Positions 41,701 through 52,761 are shown, counted from the first letter of the whole stretch. The stretch: DNA of 53,885 bases, filler included, from an uncultured virus (IMG/VR IMGVR_UViG_2049941000_000426) (4 parts of one record of this genome joined end to end with filler, not necessarily neighbours in it), one strand, 5' to 3'. Program-made: numbers and translations. Notes: generated by a model not told the origin, from the letters alone.

Positions 41701-44435
41701 TTAATCATCGGCATAGTTAACATTGTAAGCCAAAACGATGATGTAAAGTCTTCGGTATTTGTTCCATTGTATATAACGACATGATTGGATACCGAGCGTA
41801 CAGCGTTATTTGTTACCGTTGATGTTGTAATGCTGAAACCATCAGCATCTTGTGCCAGCTGGTTCATCACCACGCTTCTTGGAGCCGTCATGACCAAACT
41901 ATGAGCGTTCCCAGCCACTCCGTCCTCGACTCCCAATCTGCCAGTACCTGTAGCAGTCTTCTCTACAGACTCTTTGACCAACTGGTTATGAACAACACAA
42001 CCACCCTTCAGCAACAGTTTGGTAACATCACCACCAACAGCATCTGTCACCACCAGCTTCCCATCCGTGGATGACTTCTCGTTCATGTTGGTGTCGTGTA
42101 CCAACTGGTTCTGTATCTGGGTGGTGCCCTGCAGGGAGGTCACGTCCGCCGTGCCGTTGTCGGCTATGGAGACATCGCCCGCAGCCGTCCTGTTGCCGTA
42201 GGAGGCCTCGGTAGGAGGGGCGTTGGGGTCGAGGAGCTGGGTGGCGTAGTTGAACACGCCGCCCTTGTCGCCGTAGTTGCCGTCCTGGCGTGCGAGGTTG
42301 TCCTTCTCCTCGACGAGCTGTTTGACATCGTTTTCAATTTCGCTGTAATGGGCGACGGTGCGCGTGAAATCGAGGGAGTAGCGGATCTCGGCGTCGAGGT
42401 CGGTGGTGAGAAGCGTCAATGTGTTGACGGGGAGGGACTGCTCCGTGCCGAAGTCGTTGACGGGGTAGGAGAAGTTCTGGGTGGGAGTCACAGGAGTCGT
42501 ATATGTGTCGTCTGTGTGATTGTCGTTCAACGCATAAACAATCTCAATCGGGTTGGCTTGTAGATACTCCTTGAATGCATCCACATCAAGAGTGTCAGTC
42601 TCCTTGTCCCAACAAGTCTGTGGAATACCGGAGTTGTCTTCAGTAATGGAATATTCCCATACCACATATAGATTGGAACTTCCGTTATCCGCTCCAAGCC
42701 ATACAGTAGAGCCGTATGCGTCGCCTAACGTCATCCTGTATTGAAGTTTAATAGAACTGGCACATGCAGGTTTGTACCATGCTCTGGCTCCAATAAGACC
42801 CGATACGGAGAAACCTCTCCAATTTGTACCACTAGCATAAGCAGACCAATTTTCACTACCGTTTATTACAAGTCTTCCAGTAGTGGTAGTGGCATTGTCG
42901 GCAGTGATCAAATCCCTCATGGGTTCTACGGAGTCCTGCCTGTCATACAGCCCATTCATCCCGTTGGGGAAGTACTGGCTAAGATCCCATGTAACACCTT
43001 TCTCTTCATAGGGCAGATACTCATAGTCCTCTTTACCGAAGTTCTTATAACCACTCCAGGTAAGGTGTACACATGTGTCTGTATCATTACCGCCTACAAC
43101 AGTAAGTGTACCATTGTTAAGAGGTGTGAAGAGTCCATCAGCATCAGGTGTAATCTCTTCAGCATTACCCCACTGATCAACATACGAAACAGAGGTAAAG
43201 GTACCACAGATCTGATACTGGTTACCACCAAGCAGAACAGCAGTACCTGTGGCATGATTGTAGGCATTGAAGCCTATTGTTCTTACACCTGTACCCTTGT
43301 AGTTGAGGACGGTGCCTCTATCATAAGGAATATCAGCATCTTTCCAAGTCGGGAAGAGCTTGTAGAAGTCTGCAATGGAGGGTTCCCTGTTACGACCAAA
43401 CCACTGTGTAAGATTGATGAGCTTGTGTTGCCCACCAACTACATGCTTGTAGGTGACTGTTGTAGAACCTGTCACAAGGGAGTCTTCACCATTGTCACGG
43501 AAGATGTACTTGCAGTTACGGACAATAGGTTCATCCCACTCAGAAACAGCATGACGGATGTCAAGAGAGACAGGAAGTGTACCAGCCGTCTGGAGGACTG
43601 TAAGATTACCTGTTGACTGGGTAAGAGGTTGAGCAGTTGTAGTGGAGGAGGTGTAGGTCGCAAGGCGGTAGTAGACGGTCTTACCAGCAAGTTTAGCCTT
43701 CAATTGGTCAACAGTGGTGCACGACGTGTCGCGGATTCGGAACGCGTTGGCGGNNNNNNNNNNTTGATATGTAAGAGCCAAGGAGCATTGTCTTGTACCT
43801 GCTGTTTGAAGAGCAGTGTTGTAGATGTCAACAGTGGGGACTGTTGTTGGAGTGTAGGTAGAGGTGGTGGGGGTGGCGAGAGGATAATAGAAAANNNNNN
43901 NNNNTGGTATTTGAGCAAAGAAAACACGGTTAGTCCACTTCCCGCCATTATTGCCATAACGCCAACTCAATGTTCCCAAGTCCACACTTGTAACTTGTCT
44001 TCCAACTATACCACTGACGCCATCAAACGTATCCACAGTATCATTACTCACCCAGAACAGCTCCACAGGGCAAGCAACATCTGTAGTGTGATTGACTTTA
44101 ACTGTAGGTTGAACACCTTGAACAGTGCCTGTGTTGTATCCAACATAGGAAGCAAAGGAACTGTCATAAGCTACAAGATCATCCCATGTGTTGATGGAGT
44201 TGATGAGAGTTGAGTTACCGTTGAAGTACTGGGTTAAGTCGACGCACATCATGTTGCGGAACTCAGCGTATTCACCCGAAGCAGCTGCGTTGTTGATAAT
44301 CAGACCCAACGCCGTTGTCCCTGTTCCAGAATAAGCCGAACCGTCGCCTACTACAGTGCAGACTTTCCACGAGGACGACGAGGACTCGGGTGTAGTCGTG
44401 GCGAGAATGCTGACATTGGATGTTTGAATCTCGAC
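38760..44435 (-). CDS. Giant modular tail-fibre/receptor-binding protein 1 with a C-terminal CLec-type domain; DGR target (5' incomplete, VR in gap 38774-38954, stop tentative)
   Basis: Repeated fibre modules, then YGI..NPPAC...GADGDVMVEMP...YVGAY...YRGIENPFGEVWEF...YLPDYWYNDG[gap]; these motifs typically precede a GG.....G..G VR. Confidence 0.8.
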
Positions 44436-44535
44436 NNNNNNNNNNNNNNNNNNNNNNNNNNNNNNNNNNNNNNNNNNNNTTAATTAATTAANNNNNNNNN
44501 NNNNNNNNNNNNNNNNNNNNNNNNNNNNNNNNNNN
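44436..44535. other. Artificial scaffold linker
   Basis: 44 N + TTAATTAATTAA + 44 N. Confidence 0.95.
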
Positions 44536-44834
44536 ACGAACTTGTTCTCCGCCTCCGGTTTGATGATACCGACGTTCTTAAGAATCTCGAAGTCCTTTTC
44601 CGGAAGGGACGTCTCGCCATAGGCATTAAGCCAGTTGTCGATATCAATGTGCAAAGCGTTTTTGCAGTCGTCCGCGAAGTCTCGGTCGACATAGTTCACG
44701 ATGTCCCATTTCCGGCTCTTGCTGTGGATATAGATCGGAATACGCCAGCTCGGTCCGTTTCCGTCTTTTCCAGGATTCCCGCATGTCCACAGGATCGTCG
44801 CCACTCTGTTCTTTTCCTCGTTTCTCATTTTCAT
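44536..44834 (-). CDS. Hypothetical protein, N-terminal part; continues at 48090-47924
   Basis: EILKNVGIIKPEAENKF occurs at both contig ends. Confidence 0.65.
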
Positions 44835-44849
44835 CTTCCTTCTCTGTTG

Positions 44850-45044
44850 TCAATCCAGTATCACTACTAGACGGTCCGGCTGGACTGATATGACCGGGCT
44901 GTCCGCCGACGCTGTCGTCGGAACTTTATTCACTTTCACGGAGTTCACACGGACGATGAACAAGCCCCTTTTTGTAAAGACCTGTTCGCCCATATAGGAT
45001 TCCGGAAGCGCTTGTAACTGATTTATAAATTCTTTCAGCGTCAT
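44850..45044 (-). CDS. Hypothetical protein, 64 aa
   Basis: MTLKEFINQLQALP, a typical small phage ORF. Confidence 0.6.
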   Translation of the reverse strand: MTLKEFINQLQALPESYMGEQVFTKRGLFIVRVNSVKVNKVPTTASADSPVISVQPDRLVVILD

Positions 45045-45172
45045 AATCAGCGTTTAACGCCTTTTCCTTTCTTTCCTTTGTGAAATTAAATGAAACTTGC
45101 CGGAATGAGTACCTTTATTCATACATATTACGAAAACAATAGATACAACATCTTTTCCGATTTTCGGGAGGT

Positions 45173-45232
45173 TTTTTATTTTATAATAATAACTTTCCAT
45201 CGTACTGGAAAGTTATTATTATAAAATAAAAA
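45173..45232. repeat. Perfect 27-bp AT-rich inverted repeat with a 6-nt spacer
   Basis: TTTTTATTTTATAATAATAACTTTCCA-TCGTAC-TGGAAAGTTATTATTATAAAATAAAAA. Confidence 0.95.
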
Positions 45233-45679
45233 TTCACGCGCATGTACGCGCCGGGGTGTATGAGGCGATTTTCGCTATCTACTGGTCGGTCATCTTACTG
45301 ACCGAGGGGCGTCTTTTCTAGTATAAGCGAAAACCCTTTCGGAAAAGACCCGAAAAAGCCCTTTCAGAAACGGCCCTCTGAGACGTTTTTCGAAGTCAGG
45401 GGGTATCGATGTAGGGGTAAACCCCCGAAATCGCGTTCCAGGGCCCTTTCTTTTCGCGCTAGGGGCATCCTAGACCTTCTCCGGTGAAGACGGTTGTCGG
45501 AAAAGTCTCGCCCATTACGCGTGCGTATGACGCGCAGGAAAACCCGCCTGACCAGTGAAAGATTGCTTAATGTTACGTTAGCCTAAAATCGCAAGAAACC
45601 GACTAGTGTATAAACGTAAGTACCTCATTCGCAGAATTGTGCAATTAACTTGAAAAACCGTTACCCTTTNNNNNNNNNN

Positions 45680-46026
45680 CGGTCCTCGGGTAGATCCTCG
45701 TCGACGATCTCGCCCATGATCGGTGGGACAAGCTCCGTGAAGGTGTAGTCCTCCTGCAGGATCTTAGCCTCGATGAGGGGCGCCCCGTCCTCGCCCTGCG
45801 TCAGTTTCACGCACAGCGACTTCGGCTTGGCGTCACCACGGTAGGGTTCGTCGAAGCTGTCGACAAGATGGAACACGTCGAACAGCCGCGTCGTCCCGAG
45901 GTAGGCGTTGTTCGTGTCCTGCATCAGGTACAGCTGGTAGGGGCTGACATTATCCTTGACGGCGTCGTAGATGCCCTGGGTCATCCAGTTGACTTGGAAA
46001 TATCCGGTGTAGAAGGGGGTCGGCAT
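45680..46026 (-). CDS. N-terminal fragment of a probable structural protein
   Basis: MPTPFYTG...DLPED, truncated by a gap. Confidence 0.55.
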
Positions 46027-46044
46027 TATGTATCTTCCTTTTAT

Positions 46045-46764
46045 TTAAATGGTAAAATCAATCTTCGTCGTGACGTCCGGCAGGACGGTGACACGACCTT
46101 CGGTCCAGCCGGCCGGAAGGGTGTCGGCGCTAATCTCGGCGTCGGGGCAGACGATGTTCAGGGAGTCGGGCGCCTTCACGAGGATCCGGTTGCAGCTGTA
46201 GTAATGGTCCAGGACCAGACTGCCGAAGTCCAGACGGATCGTCCAGCCCGTCACGCCGTCGTTGATGTCGTCGACGATGAACAGGGAGGCGTCCCGCTGG
46301 AGACGGATGAAGCGGTTCATCGGCTGTCTTATGATACGTTCTCCCTCGTCCTTGATCCGGACGCTTGTCGGGTTCGAGAAGATCGTCGGTATCTCGGCTG
46401 GGTTCTCGGGGATCGAGTCGATGCACATCGTATCGAACTGCAGGATGACATTGTCCAGGCCGTCCCGCAATTCCACTCTCAAGGGACCCGGGGTGACGGC
46501 AAGTGACGGGACGACGAACCAGGGGTTCTGGCCGCTAATCGCCCACAGGTCGCAGTATTTCGTCGTGCCCCTCGTAAGGGACACCTTGATGGGCTGCTGG
46601 CCGACGATCGCCGGGTAGCCCTTGCTGATGGCCTGCAGGGTCACCTTGACGGGGTAGCGTGTCGAGAACCACGGGACCTCCTCGTCCGGCAGGGGGCTGT
46701 CGACGTCCCGGCTGTTCACGAGGATCTTGCGGTCCATGTCGAAGAATAAAGGCGAGTCGCTCAT
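46045..46764 (-). CDS. Hypothetical beta-rich protein, possibly baseplate or tail, 239 aa
   Basis: Intact ORF; N-terminus resembles that of its neighbour. Confidence 0.65.
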   Translation of the reverse strand: MSDSPLFFDMDRKILVNSRDVDSPLPDEEVPWFSTRYPVKVTLQAISKGYPAIVGQQPIKVSLTRGTTKYCDLWAISGQNPWFVVPSLAVTPGPLRVELRDGLDNVILQFDTMCIDSIPENPAEIPTIFSNPTSVRIKDEGERIIRQPMNRFIRLQRDASLFIVDDINDGVTGWTIRLDFGSLVLDHYYSCNRILVKAPDSLNIVCPDAEISADTLPAGWTEGRVTVLPDVTTKIDFTI

Positions 46765-46796
46765 GTCGTTTCCGTTCTACTGGCTAAAGAAAAGGG

Positions 46797-47417
46797 TCAG
46801 GGCTGCCATTCGATCAGGCGGAGGTTGTCGTCGGCCGGGTCCGTCTTCGGGACCCATGCGTACGAACCGTCGACAAGGTCGCACTTGTAGATGCAGCCGC
46901 GTATAAGCTGGCCGGTCGCCCCGAGGTACAGGACGTACTGCCCCGTCATCTCCTCGGATGGCTCGACGTACTGCTCGATGACCCCGAGATTCGTCATCCT
47001 CGGGTACTCCGGGCATCCGCATCCGACCGGGTTCGGGACAGGGGCGCCGACAAGGCTGACGGAGTCGTTCAGGACGAACACGCCGTCGACGAGGACGGAC
47101 ATCTGGGCCGTCCCAGTATTCATTACGACGCCCTTGACGGGATTCAGGCTGAAGACGATCGCTCCGTCCAGTCCTTCCCGGATGTCCTGCGAGATGGACG
47201 TGAAAATCAAGACACCGTCCATCGTGACGCCGAGCGACGCCGACGACCGGTCGGACATCGGATAGGGCTGGCCGTTCGGCAGAAGAAGTTTCATCGCCAG
47301 GGTCGCCTCTCCGGTGATCGGGATGCAGGGATGCTCCGACGACGGGATCTCGCAGTCGAGCGGGTTGACGAAGAGCCGTGTCTCCGTATTTACATAATGG
47401 TATGTGGGGCTTGGCAT
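46797..47417 (-). CDS. Hypothetical baseplate-upper-like protein
   Basis: Likely start MPSPTYHYVN; Ig-like pattern with a YVLYLGATG..GCIYKC tail. Confidence 0.55.
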   Translation of the reverse strand: MPSPTYHYVNTETRLFVNPLDCEIPSSEHPCIPITGEATLAMKLLLPNGQPYPMSDRSSASLGVTMDGVLIFTSISQDIREGLDGAIVFSLNPVKGVVMNTGTAQMSVLVDGVFVLNDSVSLVGAPVPNPVGCGCPEYPRMTNLGVIEQYVEPSEEMTGQYVLYLGATGQLIRGCIYKCDLVDGSYAWVPKTDPADDNLRLIEWQP

Positions 47418-47463
47418 GTCGGTATGTCCTGGGGATGTTGAAATGTCAAGCCCTAACATATCA

Positions 47464-47694
47464 CTAATCATGGGCTTTTCGAAGCTCTCGTTCGGCGACG
47501 ACAAGATCCAGTTCGGGCTTTCCGTCTGGGTCCATCGTCGCGACGGTGTATTCGAACCAGTGGGCGTCGCACCTTCCCATGCACCACTCCGGCGGCTTGA
47601 CGGCCCTTGCGGACAGCACCACCAACGTGTCGTTGAAGAAGGGGCACCTGTCAAAGGAATAGAGAAGACGGACATGTTCGCCCTTTTTGAACAA
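47464..47694 (-). CDS. Hypothetical protein, 76 aa
   Basis: MFKKGEHVRL, small SH3-like pattern. Confidence 0.55.
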   Translation of the reverse strand: MFKKGEHVRLLYSFDRCPFFNDTLVVLSARAVKPPEWCMGRCDAHWFEYTVATMDPDGKPELDLVVAERELRKAHD

Positions 47695-47713
47695 AGGCTC
47701 GCCGCCCCGTCTC

Positions 47714-47914
47714 TCACAGGCTTCGGCCTCCTCTTCGGTGTCGTACCGGGTCCCGCAGTAGTCGCAGGACCATTTCGTCTTCGGNNNNNNNNNNGCAGGC
47801 CTCGGCCTCCTCCTCGGTGTCGTACCGGGTCCCGCAGTAGTCGCAGGACCATTTCGTCTTCGGGACCATCCGTTTCTTGCGGTCCTTCTCCCATACGATG
47901 AGAATGTCTGTCAT
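47714..47914 (-). CDS. Small CxxC protein (internal variant duplicate)
   Basis: KWSCDYCGTRYDTEEEAEAC. Confidence 0.55.
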   Translation of the reverse strand: MTDILIVWEKDRKKRMVPKTKWSCDYCGTRYDTEEEAEACXXXXEDEMVLRLLRDPVRHRRGGRSL

Positions 47915-48734
47915 AGTCGTCTCCTACCAAGGGAACAGTCCTTTTCCGAAACGCGGGCGTATCTCCGGCATCTTCCGGACCTCCACCATCACATCCGGAC
48001 GGATATAGGACAGGACAGCACACCAAAGCTTGAACAATGTCATCGGCGCAAACTTGTTCTCCGCCTCCGGTTTGATGATACCGACGTTCTTAAGAATCTC
48101 NNNNNNNNNNNNNNNNNNNNNNNNNNNNNNNNNNNNNNNNNNNNNNNNNNNNNNNNNNNNNNNNNNNNNNNNNNNNNNNNNNNNNNNNNNNNNNNNNNNN
48201 NNNNNNNNNNNNNNNNNNNNNNNNNNNNNNNNNNNNNNNNNNNNNNNNNNNNNNNNNNNNNNNNNNNNNNNNNNNNNNNNNNNNNNNNNNNNNNNNNNNN
48301 NNNNNNNNNNNNNNNNNNNNNNNNNNNNNNNNNNNNNNNNNNNNNNNNNNNNNNNNNNNNNNNNNNNNNNNNNNNNNNNNNNNNNNNNNNNNNNNNNNNN
48401 NNNNNNNNNNNNNNNNNNNNNNNNNNNNNNNNNNNNNNNNNNNNNNNNNNNNNNNNNNNNNNNNNNNNNNNNNNNNNNNNNNNNNNNNNNNNNNNNNNNN
48501 NNNNNNNNNNNNNNNNNNNNNNNNNNNNNNNNNNNNNNNNNNNNNNNNNNNNNNNNNNNNNNNNNNNNNNNNNNNNNNNNNNNNNNNNNNAGTATAGCGC
48601 ACCGGAATAGCACCGGTTAGGCGGCTCCGACGGTAGCAATCAATTAACGCGGTTGAGACGAGTTTTTACCTGTCTTTTGACCATTTCCGGAGAAAGGAAA
48701 AAGAATCATATGAATGAAATCTTTCATTCCTTTT

Positions 48735-48981
48735 TCACTCTTCTATCCCTTCTACGTACTCTTCCAACCAGTCGTCCAGATTCTTGTCTGTCTCATCCGG
48801 GTCTTCCCCGGAAGGGACCTTCCGGCTGTCCCTTACCGGTCTCGGCAACGACACGGTCCCCAGTCTAAGCGTCCTCAGAAGGTTTACCGCCGGATCAGGG
48901 TTCTCCCATGTCCACGCCCCGTTGCTCTTGAAGGGGTTCAGATACTTCTTCAAGCCGCTCGCCTTGTCCGACGAGTAGTGG
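48735..48981 (-). CDS. Hypothetical protein, C-terminal fragment
   Basis: Open frame from the gap to the stop. Confidence 0.5.
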
Positions 48982-49972
48982 NNNNNNNNNNNNNNNNNNN
49001 NNNNNNNNNNNNNNNNNNNNNNNNNNNNNNNNNNNNNNNNNNNNNNNNNNNNNNNNNNNNNNNNNNNNNNNNNNNNNNNNNNNNNNNNNNNNNNNNNNNN
49101 NNNNNNNNNNNNNNNNNNNNNNNNNNNNNNNNNNNNNNNNNNNNNNNNNNNNNNNNNNNNNNNNNNNNNNNNNNNNNNNNNNNNNNNNNNNNNNNNNNNN
49201 NNNNNNNNNNNNNNNNNNNNNNNNNNNNNNNNNNNNNNNNNNNNNNNNNNNNNNNNNNNNNNNNNNNNNNNNNNNNNNNNNNNNNNNNNNNNNNNNNNNN
49301 NNNNNNNNNNNNNNNNNNNNNNNNNNNNNNNNNNNNNNNNNNNNNNNNNNNNNNNNNNNNNNNNNNNNNNNNNNNNNNNNNNNNNNNNNNNNNNNNNNNN
49401 NNNNNNNNNNNNNNNNNNNNNNNNNNNNNNNNNNNNNNNNNNNNNNNNNNNNNNNNNNNNNNNNNNNNNNNNNNNNNNNNNNNNNNNNNNNNNNNNNNNN
49501 NNNNNNNNNNNNNNNNNNNNNNNNNNNNNNNNNNNNNNNNNNNNNNNNNNNNNNNNNNNNNNNNNNNNNNNNNNNNNNNNNNNNNNNNNNNNNNNNNNNN
49601 NNNNNNNNNNNNNNNNNNNNNNNNNNNNNNNNNNNNNNNNNNNNNNNNNNNNNNNNNNNNNNNNNNNNNNNNNNNNNNNNNNNNNNNNNNNNNNNNNNNN
49701 NNNNNNNNNNNNNNNNNNNNNNNNNNNNNNNNNNNNNNNNNNNNNNNNNNNNNNNNNNNNNNNNNNNNNNNNNNNNNNNNNNNNNNNNNNNNNNNNNNNN
49801 NNNNNNNNNNNNNNNNNNNNNNNNNNNNNNNNNNNNNNNNNNNNNNNNNNNNNNNNNNNNNNNNNNNNNNNNNNNNNNNNNNNNNNNNNNNNNNNNNNNN
49901 NNNNNNNNNNNNNNNNNNNNNNNNNNNNNNNNNNNNNNNNNNNNNNNNNNNNNNNNNNNNNNNNNNNNNNNN

Positions 49973-50372
49973 TACGACCGCCGACGGGATACGGATCGTG
50001 ATTCTCCTGAAGGAACGGGACGGAATCGTTCCGGACGAGCTTCTGGACGCCGACGCGGGCCGGGCTTCGGCCTGCGGAAGGATTGTCCTGACAAAGGCCG
50101 GAAAGGATTCGAGGGGGCGGTTCGCCGTTCTCTACGACCCGCGAGAATGGTTCCTCGACAGCTCCTCCGGTGAAGACGGATTCATCGTCCACCGGAGCAG
50201 GACGGGGTTCATCGCGGTCTCAAGGGGGAAGGCGTTCACCATGAAAAGCGCCGACGGCTCGCTGAAACTGGGGGTCGGAAAGGGAAGCGCACCCGTGATA
50301 ACCAAGACGGGCTCCATTCCCATGAAGATCCCGCAGCCCGGGGAGGGATGGTTCCTGGCTACCATGGAATGA
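49973..50372 (+). CDS. Hypothetical protein, C-terminal fragment
   Basis: Open frame from the gap to the stop, 4 nt before the next gene. Confidence 0.55.
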
Positions 50373-50376
50373 CCAG

Positions 50377-50907
50377 ATGAAATGCTATACCTGCTACATG
50401 CGCCCTGACACACGAATCATGTGTGTTCAGGGCGTTTCACTTTACAGGATCAGCCGGAACCCCGAGTCGTATGTGCTGCGGCTTGGGCGGAACGGCTTCC
50501 TGTCGAACGAGTGCTCACTCGCGATGTGCGAGACCGGGAAGACGCCGGACATACAGGACCACAGGGGTACGAAGGTCGTCTACGACGTGTTCCCCGTGGA
50601 GACAGGGACAAGCGAGGGGCTTCATTGCTACAAGCTGGCGAAGCCCGTCAGGGACGATCGGGGTGTCGCGTTCGTCCGTTTCTGTTTCGGCGGACAGGTT
50701 CCGGAAAAGTGCCGCGCCGACGTATGGCCCGAGGCCGGTTCTCCCGCCCCCGTGGCCATCGCCATGTGCGCGATGCAACGGAAACCCTGGCCCAGGTTCG
50801 CCATAGACGGTGTCTGGGTTGTCAACATCGGGGATGTGTTCTCGATTGAGTCTGAAAGAGTAAGGGAAAAACTAATATTAACGGAAAACGGTATGGATAA
50901 TGTATGA
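50377..50907 (+). CDS. Hypothetical protein, 176 aa
   Basis: Intact ORF in an operon-like arrangement. Confidence 0.65.
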   Translation: MKCYTCYMRPDTRIMCVQGVSLYRISRNPESYVLRLGRNGFLSNECSLAMCETGKTPDIQDHRGTKVVYDVFPVETGTSEGLHCYKLAKPVRDDRGVAFVRFCFGGQVPEKCRADVWPEAGSPAPVAIAMCAMQRKPWPRFAIDGVWVVNIGDVFSIESERVREKLILTENGMDNV

Positions 50908-52019
50908 TGAAATTAATATCAAACTACTTCCCGGTATATATGAACGACGACAGGGAAATCTGTCTTGACCACAATATCTCCTCCGGGCTGAACGAGATTA
51001 TGGGGTCGAACCTTGTCGAGTACATGGTCAGCCAGGCGTCGTCCAATATCCGGACGATGGACATAGACTACATAAAGGCGTTGAACGGGAACGAAAGGAT
51101 CCATTCACCGGGGATGTGCGGGATTCTCGAGGCGATCGCCCGGACGAAAAACGGGAAGACACCTGATCTGACACGGTCCAATATCGGCATGACGACCATC
51201 ATCGCGATGCACCGGTCGGGTTGTAATGACCTTGTCAAGGAGCTTGTAAAGACGAATCTAGTCCCTAACAGGTTCTCGCCCGGGGTGCTGGCGGGGTTCT
51301 GCAACATCCGGAAGAAGTGCCCTTCCGGGGATCTCATAACGGCGTTCGACACAGTCCTCCGAGTGAACGACTATAGCATCGACCGTGATCTTCCTTACCA
51401 GAAGCGAGGTGTCGCCAGAAGCCTTATCGCCGATTGGCGCCGATACCTTTTCAGCGACACGGATCTGGACAAGACGGAAGCCGGAAGCAGGACGCACAAC
51501 ACCCGGACATCGATCATGTGGATGCTCGCGGATCCCTACAAGCGGCTCCAGATGTTCGACCGGCAGGATCTCAAGAAGACCATCGCTAAGATCAAGGAGC
51601 GGTTCCCCTTCGCCCTTCCTCCGCAGCTCGACCTGCACACGAGGACAAGGGACGAGATTCTCCACGGGCTCAAGACCCTTCTGTTCCAGAGAAGCGAGGA
51701 CAACACCTTGATGGACCCGTACGCCGTAGGCAGCATGTTTCATGCCCATCAGCGCATGATGGACATGGGGCCGGTCAGCGAACGGGAGCTCGACATGGAG
51801 ATCAACGAGCATATGCTCGAGCTATGCCTCTACCTGAAGGATCCTCTTCCCTATGTGAAACGGGTTGAAAAACGGCTTCCCAAGGGAAACCGTGTCTTCC
51901 GTTTCTACATTCCATCCTGTTCAGACGTTGAGAAAATCAAGCCGGTCGTCATGTACCTGGCGTCAAAGAACAGGATCATGTCGATGGAGATCAGGAACGT
52001 GACGACCTACGAACTGTAA
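50904..52019 (+). CDS. Hypothetical protein, 371 aa
   Basis: Long intact ORF, ATGA-coupled. Confidence 0.8.
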   Translation: MMKLISNYFPVYMNDDREICLDHNISSGLNEIMGSNLVEYMVSQASSNIRTMDIDYIKALNGNERIHSPGMCGILEAIARTKNGKTPDLTRSNIGMTTIIAMHRSGCNDLVKELVKTNLVPNRFSPGVLAGFCNIRKKCPSGDLITAFDTVLRVNDYSIDRDLPYQKRGVARSLIADWRRYLFSDTDLDKTEAGSRTHNTRTSIMWMLADPYKRLQMFDRQDLKKTIAKIKERFPFALPPQLDLHTRTRDEILHGLKTLLFQRSEDNTLMDPYAVGSMFHAHQRMMDMGPVSERELDMEINEHMLELCLYLKDPLPYVKRVEKRLPKGNRVFRFYIPSCSDVEKIKPVVMYLASKNRIMSMEIRNVTTYEL

Positions 52020-52139
52020 AAAAATCTTTCAACTTTTCTTGAAAACGGGTTTCATCGGTCTATTGTAGTTATTCCGTTCCGCAATATCGTGGAACGGCGT
52101 TGTTAAGGGCTGTTGACAAGTTGTTCAAGGGGTGTTGAA

Positions 52140-52679
52140 ATGAATGTGACAGTAGGCGTTACAATCGACGCCGAAGGGACAAGCTGCGGGCTGGACTGTC
52201 CATGGCTGGACCTTTTCGGCGTGAAACCGGATTCGGAAGATCCACAGCCGCGTTGCTCATTGTGCGACCGGTTCCTCAATGAAGGGGAAGACGGGCCATT
52301 GCGCTGCGGTGACTGCATCGACAAGGAGATGGACTTCAAAGAGCAGGCAAGGCGATACGCCATGCGGAACGCCGTTCAGAACAAGACGAACGGCGTAAGG
52401 CTTCTCGAGGCCACGAACTACAAGATCGACATCACGACGTTCGAGTCGGTTAGCGAGCTGTTCAAATATCTGATCGAGCGGAAGCATGCCGACCGGAAGA
52501 CGGTGATGTCCCTTACGGGCCTTGGCCCGAAGGAGATCGACACGATCATGGAAGGGCATGAGTACCCCTTCCTCATCAGCAAGGTGCAGGCCGCCATCGG
52601 GGTGCCCGCGCCGAAGCACATGACATCGGACGAGGAGCTGGCGATGGCCACCCAGCGTCTGAGAGGGTCTGAAATCTAA
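52140..52679 (+). CDS. Cys-rich protein with a possible C-terminal HTH
   Basis: C.LDC...CSLC...CGDC, then RKTVMSLTGLGPKEIDTIMEG. Confidence 0.55.
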   Translation: MNVTVGVTIDAEGTSCGLDCPWLDLFGVKPDSEDPQPRCSLCDRFLNEGEDGPLRCGDCIDKEMDFKEQARRYAMRNAVQNKTNGVRLLEATNYKIDITTFESVSELFKYLIERKHADRKTVMSLTGLGPKEIDTIMEGHEYPFLISKVQAAIGVPAPKHMTSDEELAMATQRLRGSEI

Positions 52680-52704
52680 TCGGAGTAGACAAGGTGTTTT
52701 ACCC

Positions 52705-52743
52705 GGGGGCGGTTCCATGAAAAGGAGCCGCCCCTTTCTTTTT
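52705..52743 (+). terminator. Rho-independent terminator
   Basis: GGGGCGGTTCC...GGAGCCGCCCC followed by TTTCTTTTT. Confidence 0.75.
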
Positions 52744-52761
52744 AGTTGAAAGGAGAAATTC

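Noticed and set aside
23575..44491. TTAATTAATTAA palindrome at 23575, 34590 and 44480
   Set aside because: It is centred in identical 100-nt N blocks: an artificial six-frame-stop linker. Adjacency across it is not evidence.
72..48026. Long plus-strand ORFs such as 72-1361, 4096-5223, 17873-18772 and 37590-38576
   Set aside because: Antisense shadows of GC3-rich minus-strand genes, with no recognisable motifs
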